NCBI GenBank assembly: GCA_965267335.1
Contig: OZ253953.1
Coordinates: forward strand, 1,818,662-1,882,661
Direction: 5' to 3'
DNA length: 64,000 nt
Source: Cytophagales bacterium
GTDB taxonomy: Bacteria; Bacteroidota; Bacteroidia; Cytophagales; JAAEPT01
Below are positions 9,310 to 19,116 of the stretch, piece after piece. A program made the position numbers and the translations under genes. The notes below the pieces were generated by a model, which saw only the letters and a program-made list of their open reading frames with translations, was not told the DNA's origin and did no database searches. The number at the start of each line of letters is the position of its first letter. Position 1 is the first letter of the stretch.

Positions 9310-11019
9310 ATGATGGTAAAAAACCTTTTTTTAAGCATATTTTTAGTCGTTTTCGGAACGTCCTTGTATGGGCAGTCGGCAGCTTCTTTTCAAAAACAGT
9401 TTCAGGAAGCAAGAACCTACATGAAGGATGGGGATTATGGCAATGCCATGTCTACTTTCAATGAGTTGACCTATTCACATAAGAGAAATGACTTCGTTGA
9501 AATATCACACTACTACTATGCATTGTGTGCCTATAAAAACGGACAGCCAGATGATGCGCAAATAATGCTGTCGAAATTAACATCCAATTACCAAAATTGG
9601 AGAGGTATCGAAGAAGCTTACTACCTCGAGGCGCTCATCTACTACGAGAAGGGTAACTTTGAATCAGGGGATTCCCGACTTAGTAATATCAAGGGTAATA
9701 AACTGAAAGATGAAATAGAGGGACTAAAGAAACACTACCTCCAGAAAATTCAGAGTGTAGATTCTTTGCTCACCTTACTTGATAAGAATCCCAAAGATGA
9801 ATTTTTGCAGAAATTAACGCTATCAAGAATACTATCTGGTCCGATTGATGGGAAGAAAAGACATCAGCTTGAGTACCTGATCCAGGACTATAAATTGAAC
9901 AGAGAGGACTATGCTTCTCTATTAGAAAAACAATCTGTCTTTAAAGACAAGTACAAAGTGGCGGTGCTATTACCTTTTAATGTTCGTAAAGGACAGGAAC
10001 CCGATCGAAGAGACAAGATTTACTATGAGCTATATAGTGGTATTAAACTAGCTGCTGACTCCCTTAATGAATCAGGGAAGGAGATTGAAGTTTTTGCCTA
10101 TGACACAAAAAAAGATACGAACAAAGTACAAGAAATTTTAACATATCCTGAATTCAAATCTTTTGATCTCATAATAGGTCCTGTATGGAGTCAGACTTCT
10201 GAGTTGGTAAGTACATTTGCCGAAGCCAATCAAATAAATTTTGTTAACCCTGTGAGTTCCAGAGGTAATTTCTTCTCGGGAAAGCAGCATACTTTTTTCT
10301 ATAAGCCCTCGGGAAAAACGATTGCCCATAAGTGTGCGGATTATGCCCTTTCCAGCTTTGATTCGACAAAGAATACTGTATTGATTTTTTACGGTGACAA
10401 AACAAAAGATTCGGTTATGGCGGCCACCTACAAAGCCAGAATGGACAGTGCCGGAAAGAATGTAGGGGTATATCATCTAATAAATAGAGAGAATGCCAAT
10501 GATTTTGAAAATCAAATCCTTCGACAGAATCCGCAGGATATTTCTCACCTTATAATTTGCAGTGAAGATCGTTTTGTAGGAGCCCACCTGATGCATCCTT
10601 TGGAAGACCAGGATATAGTGGCACCGACCATAGTATCTTCCAAGTGGCTGGATATCCATACCATAGATTACTCACAGTTTCGTAGAAGGAATTTCCATTT
10701 CATCTACTCGGATTATATCGCGGATAGCATTCCTGCCGTGAAGAGTATGCAGGAAAGATATCACAAATGGATGCAAATGCCGGCACTCAATGACTATCCG
10801 TATATAGGTTATGAAATTATGTTTGAATTCGGTTCCAGGTTGTTCCAATACGGAACTTTATTCAATCAGGAAACGCGAAACGAAAAAATGAGCCGTGGAG
10901 TACTCACCAACGGTGTTCAGTACGGTGTCGAATCAGATAATCAGGTTGTACCTATCCTTATATTCAATGAGGAGTACGATTTTGAGTGGGTCAATAAGCC
11001 CAATGATAAAAATCAATAG
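9310..11019 (+). CDS. Secreted TPR + type-1 periplasmic-binding-fold protein (LppC/LpoA-like)
   Basis: 569-aa ORF with signal peptide 'MMVKNLFLSIFLVVFGTSLYGQ'. The N-terminus has TPR-like helices. The segment 'YKVAVLLPFN...GIKLAADSLN...IEVFAYDTKKD...FDLIIGPVWS' follows the Peripla_BP_6/LpoA pattern. Confidence 0.5.
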   Translation: MMVKNLFLSIFLVVFGTSLYGQSAASFQKQFQEARTYMKDGDYGNAMSTFNELTYSHKRNDFVEISHYYYALCAYKNGQPDDAQIMLSKLTSNYQNWRGIEEAYYLEALIYYEKGNFESGDSRLSNIKGNKLKDEIEGLKKHYLQKIQSVDSLLTLLDKNPKDEFLQKLTLSRILSGPIDGKKRHQLEYLIQDYKLNREDYASLLEKQSVFKDKYKVAVLLPFNVRKGQEPDRRDKIYYELYSGIKLAADSLNESGKEIEVFAYDTKKDTNKVQEILTYPEFKSFDLIIGPVWSQTSELVSTFAEANQINFVNPVSSRGNFFSGKQHTFFYKPSGKTIAHKCADYALSSFDSTKNTVLIFYGDKTKDSVMAATYKARMDSAGKNVGVYHLINRENANDFENQILRQNPQDISHLIICSEDRFVGAHLMHPLEDQDIVAPTIVSSKWLDIHTIDYSQFRRRNFHFIYSDYIADSIPAVKSMQERYHKWMQMPALNDYPYIGYEIMFEFGSRLFQYGTLFNQETRNEKMSRGVLTNGVQYGVESDNQVVPILIFNEEYDFEWVNKPNDKNQ

Positions 11020-11038
11020 ACTTTAGAAATTACCAAAT

Positions 11039-12337
11039 ATGTTTAATAAGGCCAGTAGTCAGGAACTGTTTGCCAGGGCGCAAGATTATATTCCGGGGGG
11101 AGTAAATTCACCGGTTAGAGCATTTAAAGCGGTAGGAGGAAAGCCTCTTTTTATAAAGTCTGCAGATGGTCCCTATATGATTGATGAGGATGGTAATAAG
11201 TATGTGGATTTCATCAATTCCTGGGGGCCGATGATACTTGGACACAATCACCCTGGTGTCAGGGAGGCAGTGGCTGAAGCAATTACAAAGTCCGTTTCTT
11301 TCGGAGCCCCAACCAGGCGTGAGGTTGAAATTGCAGAGTTGATTACAAGTCTTATACCCTCTGTTGATAAGGTGCGAATGGTAAACAGCGGTACCGAAGC
11401 TACTATGTCAGCTATAAGGGTTGCTCGTGGTTTTACAGGGAAAGATAAGATCATAAAATTTGAAGGATGCTACCATGGTCACGGTGATTCATTCCTAATT
11501 GAAGCTGGTAGTGGAGCTGCTACATTTGGGGTTCCGAATAGTCCGGGAGTAACCGAAGGCACAGCAAAAGACACGTTGACGGCAAAGTACAATGACATTG
11601 CATCCGTCCGTAAATTATTTGCCGAAAATCAGGGACAGATTGCAGGAGTGATCATAGAACCTGTTGCAGGAAATATGGGGTGCGTGTTACCTGAAATTGG
11701 TTTTCTTGAAGGTTTAAGAAGCCTTTGTGATGAGTATGATGCTTTGCTGATATTTGATGAAGTGATGACAGGTTTTCGTTTGTCTATTGGTGGTGCCCAA
11801 CAAGTTTTCGGTGTTCGGCCAGATTTGTCTACATACGGAAAGATCATCGGAGGTGGAATGCCCGTTGGTGCTTATGGTGGCAAAAAAGAAATAATGGATT
11901 ACGTATCTCCTCAGGGACCAGTATATCAGGCAGGAACATTGTCAGGTAACCCTGTAGCTATGGCTGCCGGTTATGCAATGCTGACATACCTGAATGAGCA
12001 TCCGGAGGTTTATGATGGGCTTAAGAATACCACACATAAGATTGTAGATGGTATGGCCAACACCATTAATGAGATGCAGCTTAATCTCACTATCAACCAG
12101 ATTGGTTCAATGTTTACGCTTTTCTTTAGTGGGGAACGAGTGATAGACTTCGAGGGTGCTAAGGCCTGTAATCTTGAGAAATTCTCCTCTTTCTTTAATG
12201 GAATGCTGGAACGAGGGTTTTACCTGGCGCCATCGCAGTTTGAAAGTGCCTTCGTTTCTATGGCAATAACTGACGAAATAGCAGACCAATTTCTGGATGC
12301 TTCACGGGAAGTGCTTACGGAGATTTATTCAAAATAA
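11039..12337 (+). CDS. hemL: Glutamate-1-semialdehyde 2,1-aminomutase
   Basis: 432-aa ORF. '[17 protein letters not shown]', '[11 protein letters not shown]' and '[16 protein letters not shown]' are canonical HemL class-III aminotransferase motifs. Confidence 0.95.
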   Translation: MFNKASSQELFARAQDYIPGGVNSPVRAFKAVGGKPLFIKSADGPYMIDEDGNKYVDFINSWGPMILGHNHPGVREAVAEAITKSVSFGAPTRREVEIAELITSLIPSVDKVRMVNSGTEATMSAIRVARGFTGKDKIIKFEGCYHGHGDSFLIEAGSGAATFGVPNSPGVTEGTAKDTLTAKYNDIASVRKLFAENQGQIAGVIIEPVAGNMGCVLPEIGFLEGLRSLCDEYDALLIFDEVMTGFRLSIGGAQQVFGVRPDLSTYGKIIGGGMPVGAYGGKKEIMDYVSPQGPVYQAGTLSGNPVAMAAGYAMLTYLNEHPEVYDGLKNTTHKIVDGMANTINEMQLNLTINQIGSMFTLFFSGERVIDFEGAKACNLEKFSSFFNGMLERGFYLAPSQFESAFVSMAITDEIADQFLDASREVLTEIYSK

Positions 12338-12397
12338 AATTTAATAGAATGTGTATAAATACTTGGTGTCAAAACTGAGTATTGGGGTGCATCATCT

Positions 12398-12405
12398 TAT
12401 ATTTG
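12398..12405 (+). promoter_or_regulatory. Candidate -7 promoter box (TATATTTG) for dcd
   Basis: Exact TAnnTTTG match 20 nt upstream of the dcd ATG (12425). No well-spaced -33 TTG element is seen. Confidence 0.3.
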
Positions 12406-12424
12406 TCCCCCAAATTGATGTAAT

Positions 12425-12961
12425 ATGATACTTTCGGACAAGGAAATACTCGAAGAAATAGAAAAAGGGAGAGTGGTAATTGAGCCGTTCGATAGGAATG
12501 CATTAGGCACCAACTCTTATGATGTGCATCTGGGAAAATATCTTGCTACTTACAAGGATGAAATACTGGATGCCCGAAAGCACAATGAAATCGAGACCTT
12601 TGAGATTCCAGAAGAAGGATTTGTATTACAACCAGCTACGCTTTATCTAGGGGTCACCATGGAGTATACCGAAACCCATGCCCATGTCCCATTTTTAGAA
12701 GGGAAGTCGAGTATAGGCAGGTTGGGTATAGATATTCACGCAACTGCAGGAAAAGGAGATGTTGGATTTTGTAATACATGGACACTTGAGATTTCCGTGA
12801 CCAAACCAGTGAGGGTATACGCAGGTATGCCGGTAGGGCAGTTGATCTATTTTGAAGTTCAGGGAGGGATTGAGAACTATTATAATTCGAAGCAAAACGC
12901 CAAGTACAACTCCAGAACTGACAAGCCCGTGGAATCCATGATGTGGATGAACAAGTGGTGA
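12425..12961 (+). CDS. dcd: dCTP deaminase
   Basis: 178-aa ORF. 'MILSDKEILEEI', 'NSYDVHLG' and 'EGKSSIGRLGI' are typical of the dCTP deaminase/dUTPase-fold family. Confidence 0.9.
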   Translation: MILSDKEILEEIEKGRVVIEPFDRNALGTNSYDVHLGKYLATYKDEILDARKHNEIETFEIPEEGFVLQPATLYLGVTMEYTETHAHVPFLEGKSSIGRLGIDIHATAGKGDVGFCNTWTLEISVTKPVRVYAGMPVGQLIYFEVQGGIENYYNSKQNAKYNSRTDKPVESMMWMNKW

Positions 12962-13183
12962 TTTTCAAACATTGCGAATTAAAAGCAATACCTACTCTAA
13001 ATAGCTTGTAAGTAAACTTTTTGTTGTTATTAAAGTGGAATCTATTGCGAAAATTTATTTTCGTTTAAGTATCACTTTTTGTCACTTTTGTTGAAATTTC
13101 ATTTCATTTAAGAAGCAATTGAATAAGTTGAGGATGTAGATAGAATTAAGACAGTCCAGTGTCTAAATAAAAGAATAAGAATA

Positions 13184-15451
13184 ATGTATAAGAAATTAGT
13201 ATTAGCGATTGGTTTTTTTGGAATACTCTTTCACTCTAACGCTCAATTGAGTGATAAGGAGATTGATCAAAAAGTGGATGAACTCCTAAAGAAAATGACT
13301 ATAGAGGAAAAGGTAGGGCAGATGACGCAGGTTACATTAAATGTAATATGTAAGACACCACCTGACGGCAACCTATATCACAATCTTCCTGCAGAGATTG
13401 ATGATAAAAAATTAGAAATCGCACTCAAGAAATACGGTGTAGGATCAATACTTAATACTGGGACCCATACATTAACGCAGGATAAGTGGCAGGAGCTGAT
13501 TGGAAAAATTCAGAAATATGCACAGAAGGAAACTCGCCTGGGAATCCCTGTGATATATGGTATTGATGCGATACACGGAGCCAATTACACGGTAGGAGCA
13601 ACATTGTTTCCACAAGAGCTGTGTTTGGCTGCTACCTGGGACCCTTATTATGGAGAAAAACTAGGATCAGTAACAGCTTACGAAGTCAGAGCTTCTGCTC
13701 AGTCATGGAACTTCTCTCCGGTGCTTGATATCGCAAGACAGCCCTTGTGGTCAAGGTTTTTCGAGACACTAGGTGAAGACCCGTACCTGGCTTCGAAAAT
13801 GGGTGAGGCCATCGTAAAAGGCTATCAGGGAGATGATCCGTCAAACCCTGAAAAGGTAGCCGCCTGCTTAAAACACTTTGTAGGATATAGTAACCCAAGA
13901 AGCGGTAAGGACAGAACTCCTATCATAATGCCAGAGCGCATGTTAAGGCAATACTATCTTCCTTCATTTAAAACAGCCATAGAAGCAGGGGCTCTTACCG
14001 TCATGGTCAATTCATCCGAAATCAACGGAACGCCAGTACATTCGGATTATCACATCTTGACTGAGATATTGAAAGAGGAATTAGAGTTCAAAGGATTTGC
14101 GGTTTCTGATTGGCAGGACATTATCATGTTGCACACCGTGCATCGCATCGCAGAAAGCGAAAAGGAAGCGACTAAGATTGCAGTGAATGCGGGACTTGAT
14201 ATGAGTATGGTGCCCGAAAATTTCTCTTTTGCTGACCATCTGGTTCAACTTGTGAAAGAAGGTGAAGTTGCAATGTCTCGTATCGATGATGCGGTAAGGA
14301 GAATCTTGTACGTAAAGTTCAAAACAGGACTTTTTGAAAAGACGCATTACAAAGCTAAACGCTATCCGAAGTTTGGTTCGGAGGAGTTTTCCAATTATAG
14401 TTACGAAGCTGCCAGAGAAGGAGTCACTTTATTGAAAAATGATGCTGACGTACTACCGCTTCCTAAGGATGTCAAGGTACTGGTGACTGGTGCAGGAGCA
14501 AATTCCTTGATGGCACTCAATGGTGCCTGGACTCACACATGGCAAGGAGATGTAGCAAAATATGATACTAAAGGTAAGTTAACGATTAAGCAGGCCATAG
14601 AGTCCAAAATCGGAGCCGAAAACGTAGAATATGTGGAAGGGACAAAGTGGACAGAAGCAGTGAATATCCAAAAAGCTGTGCAGGCAGCTCAATCCGTAGA
14701 TTACGTTATTGTATGTACTGGCGAAAAACCGGGAACTGAGATACCGGGTAATATCACTGATCTTACTCTCCCAAAGCCTCAATTAGAACTCATAAAGGAG
14801 TTACAAGCTACCGACAAGAAGGTGATTCTGGTTCTTAATCAGGCCAGGCCTCGTATTGTTCATGAAATCGTAGAAGACTGTGAGGGAATAATGACCGCTT
14901 ATTTATCAGGTGATGAAGGAGGTAGAGCTATTGCTGATGTTTTGTTTGGTGACTTCAATCCATGCGGAAAGCTGCCATTTACCTACCCTAGTGCGACCGG
15001 TTCTTTAACTCATTATGATCATAAATTCTCCGAAACCAAACACATTGACTTTTCTCACAATGCAATTCAGCCTGAGTGGGAGTTCGGCTTTGGATTGAGC
15101 TACACGTCTTTTGAATATGATGATTTGGAGCTCAGTAGTGCCACACTCACGGACAACGAAGAATTGACAGTTTCAGTAAAGGTTAGGAATACGGGTAAGA
15201 TAGCGGGTAAGGAAGTAGTTCAATTATATACTCGGGATGAATATGCTTCCATAACTCCTAATATCAAGCGACTCAAAGGATTTAAGAAAGTTTCGCTCAA
15301 CCCCGGAGAAGAAAAAACAGTGGAGTTCAAATTGAGCCCTATGGATTTGGCCTTCGTAAACAACAAAAATGAATGGGTTACTGAAGAGGGGTGGTTTACC
15401 ATTGCAATTGGAGGTAAAGAAGAACGGTTCAGATATAAGAAGAAGCTATAG
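13184..15451 (+). CDS. bglX: Glycoside hydrolase family 3 beta-glucosidase
   Basis: 755-aa ORF with a signal peptide. It carries 'EKVGQMTQV', 'KHFVGYS' and the nucleophile region 'FKGFAVSDWQDI'. A C-terminal fibronectin-like domain is present ('VVQLYTRDEYASITPNIKRLKGFKKVSLNPGE'). Confidence 0.9.
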   Translation: MYKKLVLAIGFFGILFHSNAQLSDKEIDQKVDELLKKMTIEEKVGQMTQVTLNVICKTPPDGNLYHNLPAEIDDKKLEIALKKYGVGSILNTGTHTLTQDKWQELIGKIQKYAQKETRLGIPVIYGIDAIHGANYTVGATLFPQELCLAATWDPYYGEKLGSVTAYEVRASAQSWNFSPVLDIARQPLWSRFFETLGEDPYLASKMGEAIVKGYQGDDPSNPEKVAACLKHFVGYSNPRSGKDRTPIIMPERMLRQYYLPSFKTAIEAGALTVMVNSSEINGTPVHSDYHILTEILKEELEFKGFAVSDWQDIIMLHTVHRIAESEKEATKIAVNAGLDMSMVPENFSFADHLVQLVKEGEVAMSRIDDAVRRILYVKFKTGLFEKTHYKAKRYPKFGSEEFSNYSYEAAREGVTLLKNDADVLPLPKDVKVLVTGAGANSLMALNGAWTHTWQGDVAKYDTKGKLTIKQAIESKIGAENVEYVEGTKWTEAVNIQKAVQAAQSVDYVIVCTGEKPGTEIPGNITDLTLPKPQLELIKELQATDKKVILVLNQARPRIVHEIVEDCEGIMTAYLSGDEGGRAIADVLFGDFNPCGKLPFTYPSATGSLTHYDHKFSETKHIDFSHNAIQPEWEFGFGLSYTSFEYDDLELSSATLTDNEELTVSVKVRNTGKIAGKEVVQLYTRDEYASITPNIKRLKGFKKVSLNPGEEKTVEFKLSPMDLAFVNNKNEWVTEEGWFTIAIGGKEERFRYKKKL

Positions 15452-15486
15452 ACGGCATTCAAGTTGTTCGGCTAGGAGATATATTT

Positions 15487-15546
15487 AGTCCAAATGTTAA
15501 GCGAATTCTAAATGCAGGTGATGACTGCTTGCTTAACATTTGGGCT
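15487..15546. terminator. Long inverted repeat between convergent genes (possible bidirectional terminator)
   Basis: Arms 'ccaaatgttaagc' (15490-15502) and 'gcttaacatttgg' (15531-15543) are perfectly complementary. They are extendable to ~16 bp with one G-U pair, and the loop is ~28 nt. The repeat lies between the stop of bglX (15451) and the stop of the minus-strand sensor gene (15557). There is no strong U-tract. Confidence 0.4.
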
Positions 15547-15556
15547 TTAAAATTTC

Positions 15557-18500
15557 TTAAATCCGAATCCCCATCACCAACATATCATCAGTCTGTTCTT
15601 CTGACCCTTTCCAGGTGGTAATGGTTTTCTCCAACATATCTCTCTGGAACTCTACATCTTCCTTATGGATTTCGTAAAGGAGCTGTCTTAGACGCGAGTG
15701 CTTAAATTTTTCTTCGTAGTCTTCGTTAAACTGGTCGGCATAACCATCAGAAAACATATACATCATATCGCCTTTTTGCAACTTCAACTCTCTGTTTTCG
15801 AATTGTCTGATTTTACCCCTAATCGGGATGCCGATAGAGAATATATCTACTTCATACTTTTCGATTTCTTTACCGTCTTTCCTTATGAGATAGATTGGGT
15901 TTTTAGCACCCGCAAATTGAATGGTGTCAGAGTCATCTTCAAAGATACAAAGCGTGATATCCATTCCGTCCCGAGTTTCCATGCGTTCTGGTCTTTGGCG
16001 TAAAGATTTGATAACGCGTTGATTTAACTGATTTAGGATATCTGCTGCAGAAAGATTTTCATCACTTTCGGTTATATCATGGAGATGGTTTTGTCCAATC
16101 ATGGTCAGAAATCCTCCCGCCACACCATGACCGGTACAATCAGCGGCTGCTATGTATGAGCGTTTTCCTTTTCTGTAGAACCAGTAAAAGTCACCGCTTA
16201 CAATGTCTTTTGCCTGATAATAGACAAATGATTCCGGGAAGCGTGCTCTGATTTGTTCGATTGGAGGGAGGATAGCGTCCTGGATAATTTTTCCAACTTC
16301 TATGCTTTCTTCGATTTGCTCTTTCTGTCCTAGTATTTGATCTCTCTGAGTTTCAATTTCTTCCTTCTGAGATTCAATTTGTTCCGTACGCTCGGCAACA
16401 CGTTGCTCCAGTATTTTATTTCGTTTTCTGATCGCACGAACTCTTAACCGGAATATTGTAATTAGGATTCCGGCCGCAGCTAGTCCAATGATTAATTTGA
16501 ACCACCAGGTCATCCAGTATGGTGGTGTAATCTGAATTTCTATTGACGTTCCCTCTTTGTTCCAGACCCCATCATTGTTCGATGCCATTACTCTGAATGT
16601 GTATTTACCTGGATTCAGGTTTGTATAGGTAGCAGACCTGATATTATCAACTTCGATCCATTTCTGATCAAACCCTTCAAGCTTGTATTTGTACTGGTTT
16701 TCGGAGCTTACTATAAAATTCAGTGCAGTGAACTCGAAGGTCAATACGTTTTGTGTATAGTCGAGAACCAATAGGTCGGTTTCGCTGATTGGTTTTTTTA
16801 GAACAGACCCCTCTTTTTCGGGAATAACTTCCTCATAGAAGAGCTTAAGACCGGTAAGATGAACAGGTGGGGGGATGTTATTCTTTTTAATGTTGGAAGG
16901 AACAATTTCGGTGAAGCCCTTTATTCCACCAAAATAGAGAGTCCCTTTCTCGCTTTTAAAAGATGCTCCGGCACAAAACTCCTTGTCTTGGAGGCCATCC
17001 CTTGGAGTGAAAATCCTTGTTACTTTTTCGGTGATACTCATGCAGGTAATTCCGTTATCACTACTCAGCCAGAGATTTCCTTTGTCGTCAACCTGAACAC
17101 CATAAACTATCTCACTGCTGAGCCCTTCCTTTATGCCGTATTTTTTGAATTTCGTAAGGTCTGTGGATAAGGAGTTAAGACCTCCAGCCGTACCAATCCA
17201 GTACTTTTTGTTCTGATCCTGTATCATGCAAGTCGCAGCGATATTACTGATTGAGTTTTTGCCGCTGTCAGGTAGAAACACTCGAAATTTGCCATTCTCT
17301 TGATATAGATTAAGACCTCTATTTGTGCCAATCCAAATTCTATTGTCTGCATCCTCAAAAATAAAGTTGATCTGATTGTAAGATAGACTATTGGCGTCAT
17401 CTGCCTGATTGATATACTGGTTCACACTTCCATTAGACTGATTAACTACAGTGATACCCTCATTTTCTGAGCCGATCCAAATTCTGTCCTTGGAGTCTTT
17501 GTAGATACAGGATAGTTCATCACCAAGCTTCTTGAGATTGGAAGGCTTTTTTTCAAAGCTCTTACTAGCCGGGTCATAAATGAGTAGGCCGCTTCCGAAA
17601 GTGGCTATCCATAGTTTTTTGTTATAGTTCTCTGTGATTCCCCGAACGTTGTTAGCCGTACTTTCATTGAAGAATGTACCTGGTAGTATGTTGGTGAATT
17701 TTCGGCTCTCTTCATCGAATAAGTTAATTCCTCCTCCATCTACACCTACCCAAAAGTTTCTATGGCTATCACGGTAGAAAGAAGTTACTCTACCCTCGCC
17801 AAGTCCATTCTTATTGCTTCCGGTATTCAGGTAGGAAGTGAACATATTGGTTTTGGAATTAGCATAGTTGATACCATGGCCGTTGGTTCCTATCCAGAGA
17901 CTTTGCGCATTATCGATATGTACAGTGCTTATATGGTTGTCCGATAAATTACTGCTTCCTTCGGCTTGATAGTGATATATTTGTTTACTAGTTCTATGAA
18001 TCGCAATAAGGCCGTGTTGGGCTGTTCCCATAAAAATATATCCATCCTTACTTTCGGCCAGATGTAAGCCGTTTCTTCCTGAGAACATATCATATGGATT
18101 GTTGGGGTCGAAGAAGAAATATTGAATTTTTCCCGTCTTTCTATCTCGAAAGGCCAGCCCTAATTTCGTTGCAATCCACAGATTTCCATCTCGATCTACA
18201 AGCAGATCGTTCACCGACTGGGCATTCATATTTCCCGGCAAATCTACAACTTCAGTTTGCGTAAGATCAGGAGAGACCCTGTTTAAACCATTTGTTGTAC
18301 CGATCCATATATATCCGTCACCATCTTGAACGATAGATGAAACAGAGTTGCTGCTAATCTTATGCGCTCCAACTTCGTCTTGGCTGAACTCAAAAGCAAC
18401 TCCATCTTTGTTGAGTACAACAACTCCATAGAAAGCTGTTGCAACCCAAATTTTTCCGTTACCGTCTTCTGTTATATCAAGGATATCAAATTTTAATTTT

Positions 18501-18886
18501 TTGACATCAAAAGGCTTGTGATTTGTTGGGTTTAGAAAGTGGCCGGTCTCTTTCTCCAGTTTGTTAATACCTTCAAAAGTTCCTATCCATAAATCTCCAT
18601 TTTTATCTTCAAACAGACAATCTATCGTGTTGTTGGAGATGGTATTGGGGTCATCCTTATCATTCCGGTAGATTTTAAATTCATACCCATCATATCGGTT
18701 GAGTCCATCCTTAGTTCCAAACCACAAAAAACCATTATGATCTTGTAGAATGGCATTGACATAATTGTCAGAAAGTCCATCATCAAAGTTTATTTGCTCG
18801 AATCTCAGATGTGGTCGCTGTGCATATGTAACTATCGATGCAGATAGAAGTAGTGCCAGAGCTGTATGGAAGCGAAATGTTATCAA
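15557..18886 (-). CDS. Membrane sensor: two-component-regulator beta-propellers + Y_Y_Y domain + TM + coiled coil + SpoIIE/PP2C phosphatase
   Basis: 1109-aa ORF. The N-terminus has Reg_prop repeats ('GFLWFGTKDGLNRYDG', 'GDLWIGTFEGINKL', and others). The Y_Y_Y domain is 'YKYKLEGFDQKWIEV...YTFRVMASNNDGVWN', followed by the TM helix 'WWFKLIIGLAAAGILITIF'. The C-terminus is PP2C ('SGDFYWFY...AAADCTGHGVAGGF...SDGYADQF...TDDMLVMGIRI'). Confidence 0.85.
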   Translation of the reverse strand: MITFRFHTALALLLSASIVTYAQRPHLRFEQINFDDGLSDNYVNAILQDHNGFLWFGTKDGLNRYDGYEFKIYRNDKDDPNTISNNTIDCLFEDKNGDLWIGTFEGINKLEKETGHFLNPTNHKPFDVKKLKFDILDITEDGNGKIWVATAFYGVVVLNKDGVAFEFSQDEVGAHKISSNSVSSIVQDGDGYIWIGTTNGLNRVSPDLTQTEVVDLPGNMNAQSVNDLLVDRDGNLWIATKLGLAFRDRKTGKIQYFFFDPNNPYDMFSGRNGLHLAESKDGYIFMGTAQHGLIAIHRTSKQIYHYQAEGSSNLSDNHISTVHIDNAQSLWIGTNGHGINYANSKTNMFTSYLNTGSNKNGLGEGRVTSFYRDSHRNFWVGVDGGGINLFDEESRKFTNILPGTFFNESTANNVRGITENYNKKLWIATFGSGLLIYDPASKSFEKKPSNLKKLGDELSCIYKDSKDRIWIGSENEGITVVNQSNGSVNQYINQADDANSLSYNQINFIFEDADNRIWIGTNRGLNLYQENGKFRVFLPDSGKNSISNIAATCMIQDQNKKYWIGTAGGLNSLSTDLTKFKKYGIKEGLSSEIVYGVQVDDKGNLWLSSDNGITCMSITEKVTRIFTPRDGLQDKEFCAGASFKSEKGTLYFGGIKGFTEIVPSNIKKNNIPPPVHLTGLKLFYEEVIPEKEGSVLKKPISETDLLVLDYTQNVLTFEFTALNFIVSSENQYKYKLEGFDQKWIEVDNIRSATYTNLNPGKYTFRVMASNNDGVWNKEGTSIEIQITPPYWMTWWFKLIIGLAAAGILITIFRLRVRAIRKRNKILEQRVAERTEQIESQKEEIETQRDQILGQKEQIEESIEVGKIIQDAILPPIEQIRARFPESFVYYQAKDIVSGDFYWFYRKGKRSYIAAADCTGHGVAGGFLTMIGQNHLHDITESDENLSAADILNQLNQRVIKSLRQRPERMETRDGMDITLCIFEDDSDTIQFAGAKNPIYLIRKDGKEIEKYEVDIFSIGIPIRGKIRQFENRELKLQKGDMMYMFSDGYADQFNEDYEEKFKHSRLRQLLYEIHKEDVEFQRDMLEKTITTWKGSEEQTDDMLVMGIRI

Positions 18887-19116
18887 ATAAAAAATCCTAT
18901 TTCAATGATTATTTACTACGAAAATTGACTGCTTGGGTTGTTCCTGGTTGTAAATAACAGTCGATGTTTTTATTAATAGCCCAGTTGATCAACCGATTAC
19001 AATGCGAATGTAATTAAATACCATTAAAACTTATCATAAAACCCCAACCATGATATATTCTATACGTACAAAAAAGATATCCAGCAATTTTTCATAAGGG
19101 TTGAGGTTTTTGATTA

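Noticed and set aside
12654-12968. 104-aa and 66-aa minus-strand ORFs opposite dcd
   Set aside because: They are antisense to a highly conserved housekeeping gene and have no features of their own.
13184-15451. A polysaccharide utilisation locus (PUL) involving GH3 (13184..15451), GH16 (33922..35700) and GH5 (47557..51240)
   Set aside because: No SusC/SusD (TonB-dependent transporter/lipoprotein) pair occurs anywhere in the window. The three hydrolase genes are dispersed among unrelated genes.
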